DNA from: Candidatus Schekmanbacteria bacterium
Lineage (GTDB): Bacteria > Schekmanbacteria > GWA2-38-11 > J061
Direction: 5' to 3'
DNA: 64,000 nt
Assembly: GCA_016219965.1 (NCBI GenBank)
Contig: JACRJM010000015.1
Location: 31,857-95,856 of the forward strand
A model generated the notes under the pieces. It was not told the origin of the DNA. It searched no databases and saw only the letters and a program-made list of their open reading frames with translations. The position numbers were made by a program, and so were the translations under genes. Within the stretch, counting starts at the first letter, position 1. Each line of letters begins with the position of its first letter. Below are positions 9,339 through 18,832 of the stretch, in pieces.

Positions 9339-11324
9339 ATGAAATCAAATTATAAAACCTCTATCGAGTTTTGGAAAGATTTCTTAGAAAATTTATCTGA
9401 GATACATGGAATATTTTTGCAGTTAATTGGTAAGAATGGGGTTTCTTATTCTAAGTCATTTAATCAGCGGACAATATGTTCCTATCTGAAAAGATTCAAT
9501 AAAACTGTAGATGAATGTTCCAAATCCTGCCATGATCTTATACTAAAATGCATAGAAGAACGTGAAGTAAAGAGAATATCTTGCTACATGGGAGTAGAAT
9601 ACTTTGCAGTTCCAGTATTACTAGACAACGGTGAAATTGCCGCTGTTGCTGGAGGTAAAGTATTAACAACAATTCCCTATAGAGAGTCTTATGCTGAACT
9701 CTGTGAGAGATATGGCTTAGATTTAGATGAGGTATTAAATTCGATAAATGAGCTTAAGTTTATGAAAGATTCTGCAATAGATTCATATATTAAGATGATT
9801 GAAAAGTTCGGTAATAGTTCTGCTTCTGCTTTTTCAGATTTGAGAGAGCTTAAACGTAGTGAATATATTTTTAAGAAAAGTTTTGATGCTATGGAGGAAA
9901 TTTGTTCTTCTATTGGCTCATTAGAAAAATTTTATTTTGCCATCCTGAACTTTATTACAACTAATTTTAATATAAAAGATGCATCGCTATTAGTGATTAA
10001 TGAAAATCGATATGAAACAGTAGCGGACATAAGAGATTTTAAAAGCAAAGGCATATTTTCCCAGGTTAGTATATCTTCTACCTCTCATCTTATTGATCAA
10101 TTAAAGAACAGAGAAACTGGATATCTGGTAGTAACTGATCCCAGTAAGCTTGAGGAATTTGGTATTAAGTGGGGTACTCAATCACTTTCTATTTTCCCGG
10201 TTATAACTGGAAGCGGTATGTGGGGAATGATTCTTGTTTTTGATTTTATTTCGAATAATGAGCAAATGGATGATATTTCAAAGTTCTGTGTTAATTTGAA
10301 ACAAGGAATTGAAAACTTTTTAATTAAGGAAAAAATAGAAAGTATAGGACAGCAAAAAGTTGTATTTAAAAAAATTGTTGAAGATTTAAAAAAATATAAT
10401 GATGTTAATGAACTGTTAATAACAGTTGCTAACAAAATTGGCTGGTATTTTAATGCTCAAAGAGTTTCAATTGCGATTGTTGATGAAGAAGCTGGCAGGC
10501 TTGAGTTAAAGGCTGTGCGTGGAATAGATAAAAATATCATCAATAATGTTAAATACCTTGCTGAAAACAGCATCAGTAATCATGTTTTTAAATCTGGCAC
10601 TCCCATTTTTGTTAGAGATATAATGAATGATGAGAAATTTTCTAAAATGGCTCATCTTGGCTGTAATGGACGTGCTTTTGCAAGTGTTCCGTTAAGAAAT
10701 AATGGGACATCGCTTGGTGTTGTAAATTTGAGTGATATCACAGATCAGTCGAATTTGGATGAAGAGTATTTTGAGGCACTAGAGGATTTAATAAAGGTGG
10801 CGGCACTGATAATAGAGAAAGCTATTTGCAAGAAAGAATTAGGAAGTATAAACCTTAAATATGTCGATGAAACCACCGGTATTTATAACAAAAAATATTT
10901 TACTGAGTATGCAAAAAATACCATAGAAAATTCAAAAAGATATAACCGTAATACTTCTATTGTGCTATTAGATTTTGGCGAAGGGAATGGTATAAATGAA
11001 ATTAATGTAGAGGATAAGATGAGAACCACTGTAAATGATGCCAGAAAACTTATAAGACGCTCAGATATAATGGCTGCTTATGATAAAAACAAATTTGCTT
11101 TTTTATTGCCAGATACTGAAAAGGATGGAGCTCTTATTTTTGCAAGAAAGATTCAGGCGAAAGTTCATGATTTGATATTGCTTTCAGATAAAATTGGCGA
11201 AATAAAAGTTAAGGTTGGTGTAAGTACATTCCCAGATGATGGTGATACGTTGGGTGAATTGACATTTATTGCAAAGAATGCCCTTGGTGGTTCAGATAAT
11301 CCTTCATCTAGTTTCATAGAATAA
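9339..11324 (+). CDS. PocR-GAF-GGDEF protein with degenerate catalytic site and intact RxxD I-site
   Basis: N-terminal Cys-containing PocR-like domain (ICSYLK..C...SCYMGVEYFAVPV); GAF (ASVPLRNNGTSLGVVNL); DETTGIYNKKYF; RRSD-IMAAY-DKNKF in place of RxxD-x5-GGDEF; VGVSTFPDDG. Confidence 0.82.
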   Translation: MKSNYKTSIEFWKDFLENLSEIHGIFLQLIGKNGVSYSKSFNQRTICSYLKRFNKTVDECSKSCHDLILKCIEEREVKRISCYMGVEYFAVPVLLDNGEIAAVAGGKVLTTIPYRESYAELCERYGLDLDEVLNSINELKFMKDSAIDSYIKMIEKFGNSSASAFSDLRELKRSEYIFKKSFDAMEEICSSIGSLEKFYFAILNFITTNFNIKDASLLVINENRYETVADIRDFKSKGIFSQVSISSTSHLIDQLKNRETGYLVVTDPSKLEEFGIKWGTQSLSIFPVITGSGMWGMILVFDFISNNEQMDDISKFCVNLKQGIENFLIKEKIESIGQQKVVFKKIVEDLKKYNDVNELLITVANKIGWYFNAQRVSIAIVDEEAGRLELKAVRGIDKNIINNVKYLAENSISNHVFKSGTPIFVRDIMNDEKFSKMAHLGCNGRAFASVPLRNNGTSLGVVNLSDITDQSNLDEEYFEALEDLIKVAALIIEKAICKKELGSINLKYVDETTGIYNKKYFTEYAKNTIENSKRYNRNTSIVLLDFGEGNGINEINVEDKMRTTVNDARKLIRRSDIMAAYDKNKFAFLLPDTEKDGALIFARKIQAKVHDLILLSDKIGEIKVKVGVSTFPDDGDTLGELTFIAKNALGGSDNPSSSFIE

Positions 11325-11412
11325 CCTGTAAAAACGGTTTTGTAGAATTTTATTTCCAAATTATTCCATATTCAATCTTTTAACCTTCTGCTTTAAAATT
11401 CAACTAATTAGC

Positions 11413-11440
11413 TTGACTACATTCTTTTATATATTAAGAT
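11413..11440 (+). promoter_or_regulatory. Possible sigma70 promoter for the wza-led operon
   Basis: TTGACT-N16-TAAGAT in the 194-bp gap before 11519; AT-rich background lowers specificity. Confidence 0.35.
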
Positions 11441-11518
11441 TCAATCATTGAAAATGTACATATTAATGAGCTGATATTTTTTCACGATATGAGTTACACC
11501 TCTAATTGGAGGAATTAG

Positions 11519-12337
11519 ATGAATTATTATAAAAAAGTTATGTTTATTTTATTATTTTTTTGTTTGTCTATAGTAGGTGTTTTGCGTGCATCAGACGAAT
11601 ATATAATTGGAGAAGAAGATATTATTGAAATATCAGTTTGGAAGAATCCCGAATTAAGTAAAGTTGTTGTTGTGAGACCTGATGGAATGATTTCATTGCC
11701 ACTTATAGATGATATCCAGGCTAAAGGCATGACAGCGCTTCAATTGAGAGATAAGCTAATTGAAAAACTAACAAAATTTATTGAAGTCCCTGATATTACA
11801 GTCACTCTTAGAGAAATCAACTCATATAAAGTCTATGTTATATATAACGGTCAAGGTCAATCTGGGGAATTTACTCTTAAACGAAATGTAAATCTTCTTC
11901 AGTTTTTCGCGAAAATCGGTGGTATTAAAGATATTGATTTGAAACAGTCTTATATTCTTCGTGATAATAAAAAAATTGATGTGGATATGAACAAACTTAT
12001 TGATGATAATGATTTGGCACAAAACATAGAATTAAAGCCAAATGATACATTTTTTTTTCAGGATAAATTTTCTTCTCGAATCACTGTAATAGGGCAGGTA
12101 CAGAAACCTGGTATTGTTAGCTACAGGAAAGGACTTACTTTGGTTGATGTTATATTGGAAAGTGGAGGAGTTACTGATTTTGCACGCTCTTCTGGTACAA
12201 AAGTAATTAGGAAGGCTGATGGGGAAGAAAAAATAATTAAAGTCGATATGGCTGATATATTGGAAGATGGAGAAATAGATAAAAATATTCCTGTAGAGCC
12301 TGGTGATACTGTGATTGTGCCAAAAGGATTCCTGTGA
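11519..12337 (+). CDS. wza: Polysaccharide export OPX protein (short Wza/EpsE type)
   Basis: Signal peptide; YIIGEEDIIEISVW..PEL...VRPDGMISLPLI Poly_export motif; two SLBB domains. Confidence 0.9.
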   Translation: MNYYKKVMFILLFFCLSIVGVLRASDEYIIGEEDIIEISVWKNPELSKVVVVRPDGMISLPLIDDIQAKGMTALQLRDKLIEKLTKFIEVPDITVTLREINSYKVYVIYNGQGQSGEFTLKRNVNLLQFFAKIGGIKDIDLKQSYILRDNKKIDVDMNKLIDDNDLAQNIELKPNDTFFFQDKFSSRITVIGQVQKPGIVSYRKGLTLVDVILESGGVTDFARSSGTKVIRKADGEEKIIKVDMADILEDGEIDKNIPVEPGDTVIVPKGFL

Positions 12338-13614
12338 CCTGTATAAGAAAAACAATTTTACTTTTTTTGTTGGCTATTATTTTATCACTCTGTTTAATGG
12401 TGAATGCTAACTATTGTTGTGCCGGAGGTTTTGATTTACGTGGTTCTATTGGAGTTGATGAAGAATATAATGACAATGTTTTTCTGCTTCGTTCAAAAAA
12501 AATAGATGATTTCATGACTAGAGTGAGACCTATTGTTGATCTAACATACAGAATTAATGAAAAAAATTATTTAGAAACTAGCTATTCAGGTGAGGCAATA
12601 TTTCATAGGAAAAGCACACCCTATGTTAATGACGAAATGAGGCATACCCTAGATTCTCGATTACAAATAGCTCCACTGAATAATGTAGTGTTATTTTTGA
12701 AAGATGATTACAGCGAAATCCCAATAGATACGCGTGAACCAGATCGCTTTAAAGGTAGAAATCGTAACCTTACTGGAAAAAATGATTTCAATATTTCTTT
12801 GTCATATCTAAGGGATTATACTGCAACAATTAACACAGAATTTAAAGCCTATTATGATGATATAAGGATTAATTCTAATTCAATCAATAATAAAGAAACA
12901 GTGGGTTGTTCACTTCAATTGAATAAAATAATTTCAAATAATACTTCTATTTTTGGAAAAGTTATTGCTGAATCAGTAAACCAGAGTATAGCATCTGATT
13001 ATGATTTAATGTCATACCAGGGTGGTTTCACATATGAGCAACTTAAAAAACTTAAATTGTTTTTTACAGGTGGAGTAGTGAATAAAGATTATAAAACTGC
13101 AAAAAACCTCGATGAGTTTTTTTTAGAAGCAAATGGCGAATATGCAATACTTCAAAATTTATATTTAACTGGAAGTTTCAAAAAAGGTTTTGAAGATAAT
13201 GAAGAAAGAAGAAATGCGAAAAAAAATGCATATGAACTTAAGAATTATACTGTGGGGTTTGAATATAGGCTTATAGGAAATGGAGTGATAAAAGTTTCAG
13301 GTTTTTCGAATAAGAAAGATTTCAAACAAGCTAATAGAATGGATAAGTCAAAAGGGTTAGGATTAGATGGGACTATTTTTTTTACAAAATTAATGTCATT
13401 CATGTTTAATGTAAATTACAGTAAAAGTAAATTTCTGTCAGAAGAACAGAATAGAAATGATAAAACTTTGCTGTTAGGATGTGGAATATTTATTCATCCT
13501 TTTAGTTGGCTGCAGACAGGAGTTCGCTATCTTAGGACAGATAGGAATTCGAATATTAATATAAGAGATTATATTGTGAACCGCTATACTTATAATATAA
13601 CTTTATTGTTTTAA
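12334..13614 (+). CDS. Outer-membrane beta-barrel of EPS export (VpsM/EpsX-like)
   Basis: Signal peptide; EEYNDNVF N-terminal motif; alternating beta pattern; C-terminal RNSN...DY..NRY....TLLF ending in Phe; lies between OPX and co-polymerase. Confidence 0.8.
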   Translation: MTCIRKTILLFLLAIILSLCLMVNANYCCAGGFDLRGSIGVDEEYNDNVFLLRSKKIDDFMTRVRPIVDLTYRINEKNYLETSYSGEAIFHRKSTPYVNDEMRHTLDSRLQIAPLNNVVLFLKDDYSEIPIDTREPDRFKGRNRNLTGKNDFNISLSYLRDYTATINTEFKAYYDDIRINSNSINNKETVGCSLQLNKIISNNTSIFGKVIAESVNQSIASDYDLMSYQGGFTYEQLKKLKLFFTGGVVNKDYKTAKNLDEFFLEANGEYAILQNLYLTGSFKKGFEDNEERRNAKKNAYELKNYTVGFEYRLIGNGVIKVSGFSNKKDFKQANRMDKSKGLGLDGTIFFTKLMSFMFNVNYSKSKFLSEEQNRNDKTLLLGCGIFIHPFSWLQTGVRYLRTDRNSNINIRDYIVNRYTYNITLLF

Positions 13615-13623
13615 TAATGTGTT

Positions 13624-15138
13624 ATGGCTGAGACCTCTAAAATACATTTAAGAGATTATGTGGAAATTCTTTATAAGAGAAGGTTCTATTTTTTATCTAT
13701 ATTCTTTTTGATGACTACGATAGTTACGATCATAAGCTATTTTCTACCAAAGGTTTATGTTTCGACTGCATTAATACTTATAGAAAAACAACAAGTTATC
13801 AAGAATATGGTTGGTGGTGAAGGTGTTTTGAGAGAGGATATGAAAAGTAAAATAATGACTTATAATGAAAGAATAATAAGTACAAATAATTTATTGAGTG
13901 TAATTAAAAAACTAGATCTGGATGTTAATTTAAAAACTCCAAGAGCAATGGAAAACATGATTAACAAGATCAGATCCAATATAGATGTAACAGTTAAAGG
14001 AATTAATTTATTTGAGATAACATATGAAGATGAAGATCCAAAACTTGCTATGTTGATTACCAGGACTCTTACTGATAATTTTATCGAATCAACATTGAAT
14101 GAATCTAGAACTCAAAGTCACTCAGTATTTGATTTTATTAAAGGCATGGCAGAACAATATAAGAAAAACTTGGAAGATTCAGAAAACACTCTTGAAAATT
14201 TTAAGAAACAGCACATAGGTGAACTTCCGGGAGAAGTAAATTCTAATCTGACAAAACTTTCACAATTCGACTCAATGTATACCGAAACAAAACTAGCGCT
14301 TGATGTAGCATTTCTGAAAAAGAAGAAAATTGAAGAACAGATTGAAAAAGAAAAACCCTTTATCAATCCTCAAGGAGATACACGAGAAAGATTAAAATCT
14401 CTCGAAGCAAAACTCGCTCAACTAATGTCTATGTATACAGAAAATTATCCTGAGGTTAAGATGCTTAAAAAAATAATAGAAAACACTAAGAAACAGATAA
14501 GTGGAGAGATTCCTGATGGAACACCGGACAATCCTGAAATGGCTTTACCAAACCCCGTATATCAAAAATTAAAAGAATCATTAAGTGATGTAGAAATTGA
14601 AATAACTTCTTTGAATGGTAAACTTCAAAGCTATCAAAATAAGCTTAATGAATATTCTGATAAAGCTAAGTCAGTACCGGAACAGGAACAGGAACTTACA
14701 AAAATAACAAGAGACTATAAAGTAAATGAAGAGATTTATCAAATGCTTTTGAGAAGACTTGAAGAAGCAAGAATAACAAAAGAACTTCAGGCTGATGAAG
14801 AAGGTGAAAAATACAGAATAGTAGATCCTCCTTTAACGCCTATTAATCCTATCAAACCCAATAGAGCAAGAATAATGCTTATTGGATTATTATTAGGAGT
14901 TGGAGCTGGTATAGGTATAGTTGTATTGCTTGAATATTTTGACCATTCAATAAGAGAACTTAATGATGCCAAATCTTTTTTCCAAATTCCAATTTTAGGA
15001 ACAATTCCCGAAATATTACTTGATGATGATGTTAAGAGGATAAAAAAATATAATATAAGAGCAGCCCTACTGGGATTTGTCTATCTGCTAATGTTATTTG
15101 CTCTTATTATAAGAGAGTTTTTAAAATATAATTCATAA
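13624..15138 (+). CDS. Polysaccharide chain-length determinant/co-polymerase (GumC/Wzc-N, XrtA-system type)
   Basis: Two TMs flanking a coiled coil; YTENYPEV, IVDPPLTPINPIKPNR, PILGTIP. Confidence 0.9.
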   Translation: MAETSKIHLRDYVEILYKRRFYFLSIFFLMTTIVTIISYFLPKVYVSTALILIEKQQVIKNMVGGEGVLREDMKSKIMTYNERIISTNNLLSVIKKLDLDVNLKTPRAMENMINKIRSNIDVTVKGINLFEITYEDEDPKLAMLITRTLTDNFIESTLNESRTQSHSVFDFIKGMAEQYKKNLEDSENTLENFKKQHIGELPGEVNSNLTKLSQFDSMYTETKLALDVAFLKKKKIEEQIEKEKPFINPQGDTRERLKSLEAKLAQLMSMYTENYPEVKMLKKIIENTKKQISGEIPDGTPDNPEMALPNPVYQKLKESLSDVEIEITSLNGKLQSYQNKLNEYSDKAKSVPEQEQELTKITRDYKVNEEIYQMLLRRLEEARITKELQADEEGEKYRIVDPPLTPINPIKPNRARIMLIGLLLGVGAGIGIVVLLEYFDHSIRELNDAKSFFQIPILGTIPEILLDDDVKRIKKYNIRAALLGFVYLLMLFALIIREFLKYNS

Positions 15139-15160
15139 GTTATTTTAAGGATATAGATAC

Positions 15161-15985
15161 ATGAGCATAAAAAATGTTTTTCTAAATCTATTTCGAATGT
15201 CTTCATTTAAAAGAAAAAAGCCTGAGATTAATAATGATGTTGGGAATGTTGAATTAGAAGGAGATGCAGTAAATAGTTCAAAACAACTTAACTCAATTTT
15301 AGTATGCAACATGGATCAACGTTCTCCTATAGCAGAACAATACCGAAATTTAAGAAATCAAGTGTTATCAGAATCTAAAATAAATAATTACAAAATATTA
15401 AGCATAACGAGCTCAGTTAGAGATGAAGGTAAAACAACTACATGTGCAAATTTAGCCATCATGTTAGCAGCGAAACCAGAATTAAATATTCTAATTATAG
15501 ATGGTGATATGAGAATGCCGTCATTGCACAAATTATTTGGGATCCAAAATGATAATGGACTTAGCGATTTGCTTCAGTATAAAGCGGAATTCGAGTCGTG
15601 TGTTAGAAATACTTTTATAGATAATTTAAAAATGTTACCCGCTGGTGAACTTCCAAGTAGTCCCTCTGAGCTTATTTCCTCAATGAAAATGCGTGAGTTG
15701 TTAAGCTATCTTAAAACGAGAAAAGATATAGACTATGTTCTGATAGATACACCTCCACTAATACCAACTACAGATCCACGCGTTCTTGCTGTTTTGGTTG
15801 ATGCGTCTATTTTGGTAGTTAAAGCAAATAAAACATTTAGGGAAGCTATTTCGCATAGTCTTTCACTTTTTGGAGGAGGGAAAGTGCTTGGTGTTGTGCT
15901 AAATAATCTTAGCGGGTTATCATCATATTATCCTTATTATTATTCATATGCATATGGATATGATGATTATGAAAAAGGAGAGTAG
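15161..15985 (+). CDS. BY-kinase (CpsD/CapB-family tyrosine kinase)
   Basis: AEQYRNLR, Walker A SSVRDEGKTT, IDGDMR.P, LIDTPP, C-terminal Tyr cluster YYPYYYSYAYGYDDY. Confidence 0.92.
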   Translation: MSIKNVFLNLFRMSSFKRKKPEINNDVGNVELEGDAVNSSKQLNSILVCNMDQRSPIAEQYRNLRNQVLSESKINNYKILSITSSVRDEGKTTTCANLAIMLAAKPELNILIIDGDMRMPSLHKLFGIQNDNGLSDLLQYKAEFESCVRNTFIDNLKMLPAGELPSSPSELISSMKMRELLSYLKTRKDIDYVLIDTPPLIPTTDPRVLAVLVDASILVVKANKTFREAISHSLSLFGGGKVLGVVLNNLSGLSSYYPYYYSYAYGYDDYEKGE

Positions 15986-16018
15986 GTTGGAAACAGGGTT
16001 TCCCCTAAGGAGAAAATA

Positions 16019-16486
16019 TTGAGCAAAATTCTGTTTATTGATGATGACGAAACCATGAGAGAAGCGGTTTCTAGAGCTATTGGAACTATGGGACATATCT
16101 GTGAGACTGCTGCAGATGGGTTTGAAGGATTAAAAAAAATTAAAGAGGAAAATTATGATCTTGTTATAACAGATATGCGTATGCCAAAACTGGATGGAAA
16201 GGAGTTTACAAAAAGAGCTATTCAATTTGACAAAGGAATATTAGTAATAGTTCTGACTGGTTATGGCTCAGTTGAATCGGCAGTTGAACTACTGAAACTT
16301 GGGGCATATGATTATTTAGAAAAACCCTTGAATTTCGAAGATCTCGAATTTGTAATTAATAGAGCCCTTGAAAAGAAAAAGATGGAAGGACAATTGAGTT
16401 TTTTTAAGGGAATGATATATACACTGATAATATCAATTCCTATCTGGCTTATACTTGGCATAATACTTGCTGCTTTTTTATCTTAA
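16019..16486 (+). CDS. Single-domain response regulator with C-terminal transmembrane anchor
   Basis: TTG start after AGGAG; IDDD, VITDMRMP, LTGYG, EKP receiver motifs; hydrophobic tail MIYTLIISIPIWLILGIILAAFLS. Confidence 0.85.
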   Translation: MSKILFIDDDETMREAVSRAIGTMGHICETAADGFEGLKKIKEENYDLVITDMRMPKLDGKEFTKRAIQFDKGILVIVLTGYGSVESAVELLKLGAYDYLEKPLNFEDLEFVINRALEKKKMEGQLSFFKGMIYTLIISIPIWLILGIILAAFLS

Positions 16487-16500
16487 CTTGAAGTATCAAA

Positions 16501-17889
16501 ATGTACACTATACTGAATATCCCGATTAGAAAAACGCGATTATTGGGATTTTTGTTGTTTCTAAGTGAGACAATTCACATAATAATTTTTTTTTGTGTTG
16601 CGGCTTACATTCGCTATAATAGTTTTCATGATATTTCAAAACAGTTGTATTTAATCCCAATTTTCTGCCTCGTATATACTTCCTTCCTCTATTTCTTTGA
16701 TTTTTATAATTTAGAGTTTAGGATCACAAAGATCGGACTTATGATCCGCATAGCAATGGTTGATATACTGGGAACGTGTCTGATTATAATGGGGTCATAT
16801 TCATTTAATCTACTGATTGACAAAAAATTATTGTTCTATTGGTTTCTAATATTTCTTTTTTTATACCCTGTTTGGCGACAAATCTTTATTTTTATTACCA
16901 GGAAACCAATGAGACCAGAAAATATCTTGATAGTTGGTAACGACTGGTCTGTGGAAGAGCTTATTAAAGAGATAAATTACTCTCGATTTTCTTCTTATGA
17001 TATAAAAAGTATTTTGAGTGAGAATAACAATGATCCCGCGGAAATAGAGGGAGTTAAAGTTATTAATGGATCTTACAATTTAAAGGCACTCGTTAAAGAT
17101 CTTTCTATAGATAAAGTAGTTGTATCAACTTACAAGGAAATGCACAAAGACCTAATAACAGAACTTTTAGATTGTAGATTAATGGGAATTGAAATTATTG
17201 AGCTCCCTAACTTTTACAGAAAAATTACAGGGAAGATACCAGTAAGGCATTTTCAGAATTCTTGGTTTATTTTTTCAAATGGTTTTGAAAGAATAAGAAA
17301 GCCTTTTGTATTTAAGGTTAAGAGAATAATAGATATTTTTCTCACAATAGTAGGATTAATAATTGCGGCACCATTGATGGTAATAATAGCAATACTTATA
17401 AAGCTTGATTCAGACGGTTCAGTTTTTTATGTTCAAGAACGTCTAGGGCTTAATGAGAAACCATTTAAACTAATAAAATTTCGTTCAATGACAAAAGATG
17501 CTGAAAAAGAATCAGGTCCTGTTTGGTCAATGAAAAATGATTCACGTGTTTCCCGTGTTGGAAGGTTATTGAGACCGACAAGGCTGGACGAAATTCCTCA
17601 GCTTCTAAATGTTTTAAAAGGTGAAATGACCTTTGTGGGGCCGAGGCCGGAAAGGCCTTTTTTTATTGAAAGATTAAAAAAACAAATACCATATTATTCT
17701 CTAAGATTTGCTGTTAAACCAGGTATCACAGGATGGGCTCAGGTTAAATATCATTATGGAGATTCAGTTGAGGATGCTCTAGAAAAACTTCAATACGATT
17801 TATATTATATCCAAAACATATCTCTTATATTAGATATATATATACTGCTTAGAACGATTATGGTTGTTCTGAGTGGAAAAGAAAGATAA
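16501..17889 (+). CDS. Priming undecaprenyl-phosphate sugar phosphotransferase (WcaJ/EpsB type)
   Basis: 4 TMs, CoA-binding-like domain, KRIIDI, KFRSM, RLDEIPQL.NVLKGEM..VGPRPER, KPGITGWAQV, YDLYYI. Confidence 0.93.
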   Translation: MYTILNIPIRKTRLLGFLLFLSETIHIIIFFCVAAYIRYNSFHDISKQLYLIPIFCLVYTSFLYFFDFYNLEFRITKIGLMIRIAMVDILGTCLIIMGSYSFNLLIDKKLLFYWFLIFLFLYPVWRQIFIFITRKPMRPENILIVGNDWSVEELIKEINYSRFSSYDIKSILSENNNDPAEIEGVKVINGSYNLKALVKDLSIDKVVVSTYKEMHKDLITELLDCRLMGIEIIELPNFYRKITGKIPVRHFQNSWFIFSNGFERIRKPFVFKVKRIIDIFLTIVGLIIAAPLMVIIAILIKLDSDGSVFYVQERLGLNEKPFKLIKFRSMTKDAEKESGPVWSMKNDSRVSRVGRLLRPTRLDEIPQLLNVLKGEMTFVGPRPERPFFIERLKKQIPYYSLRFAVKPGITGWAQVKYHYGDSVEDALEKLQYDLYYIQNISLILDIYILLRTIMVVLSGKER

Positions 17890-17899
17890 ATAATACAAG

Positions 17900-18817
17900 G
17901 TGCTTCCTATATCTACCCATAATGCCCTTACTATTGATGTTGAAGATTATTATCAGGTAAGTGCTTTTGAACATGTGGTTTCATACAGCGAATGGGGAAA
18001 TTATCAATCTCGCGTTACAACAAATACCTTAAAGATCCTTAATCTTCTTGATGAATCAGGAACAAAAGCAACTTTTTTCATACTTGGGTGGATAGCTGAA
18101 AAGTTTCCTGAGATAGTAAGACAAATTAAGGAAAAAGGTCATGAAATCGCAAGTCACGGTTATAAGCATTCAATAATTTATAATTTTACTCCTGAGGAAT
18201 TCAGAAATGATTTAAGAAAATCAAAATCTATATTAGAAAATTTGGTTGGAGTAAAAATAAAAGGATATAGAGCCCCGAGTTTTTCCATTACACATAACTC
18301 GATTTGGGCTTTAGAGATATTGTCTGAAGAAGGATTTGAATATGACTCAAGTGTATTTCCTATTTATCATGATCGCTATGGGATTCCATCAGCACGTTTT
18401 CACCCTTATAAAATTTATCTAAATAATGGGAAAACAATATTTGAATTTCCTCCACTTACGTATAGGTTTTTTGGAAAAAACTTACCGCTTGGAGGAGGAG
18501 GTTATATGAGACTTCTACCAGTACGCCTAATGATATGGCAACTGAAGAGAATTAATTTATGTAATATTCCAGGAGTTATTTATTTTCATCCGTGGGAGCT
18601 TGATCCAAACCAACCATTTATAGATTCTGGAAGTAAGCTAACTAATTTAAGACACAAAATTGGTCTAAAGAAAATGGAGGAGAAAATAATAAAGCTTTTA
18701 AAACATATAAACTTTAGTTCTATTGATTTCATCATTAATAACTATTCTTTCAATGATAAGGTTAATATTGCTGGCTTGCTAAGTAATAATTCTCATAAAA
18801 AATTAATAAATCTATAG
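17900..18817 (+). CDS. Polysaccharide deacetylase, XrtA-system type (CE4 + DUF3473)
   Basis: NALTIDVEDYYQVSAF, GHEIASHGY.H, GYRAPSFSI, GGGGYMRL, YFHPWELDP. Confidence 0.92.
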   Translation: MLPISTHNALTIDVEDYYQVSAFEHVVSYSEWGNYQSRVTTNTLKILNLLDESGTKATFFILGWIAEKFPEIVRQIKEKGHEIASHGYKHSIIYNFTPEEFRNDLRKSKSILENLVGVKIKGYRAPSFSITHNSIWALEILSEEGFEYDSSVFPIYHDRYGIPSARFHPYKIYLNNGKTIFEFPPLTYRFFGKNLPLGGGGYMRLLPVRLMIWQLKRINLCNIPGVIYFHPWELDPNQPFIDSGSKLTNLRHKIGLKKMEEKIIKLLKHINFSSIDFIINNYSFNDKVNIAGLLSNNSHKKLINL

Positions 18818-18832
18818 TTAGATAATTAATTT

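Noticed and set aside
16400..16486. Receiver C-terminal helix as an exosortase sorting signal
   Set aside because: No PEP motif, no basic tail, and no N-terminal signal peptide.
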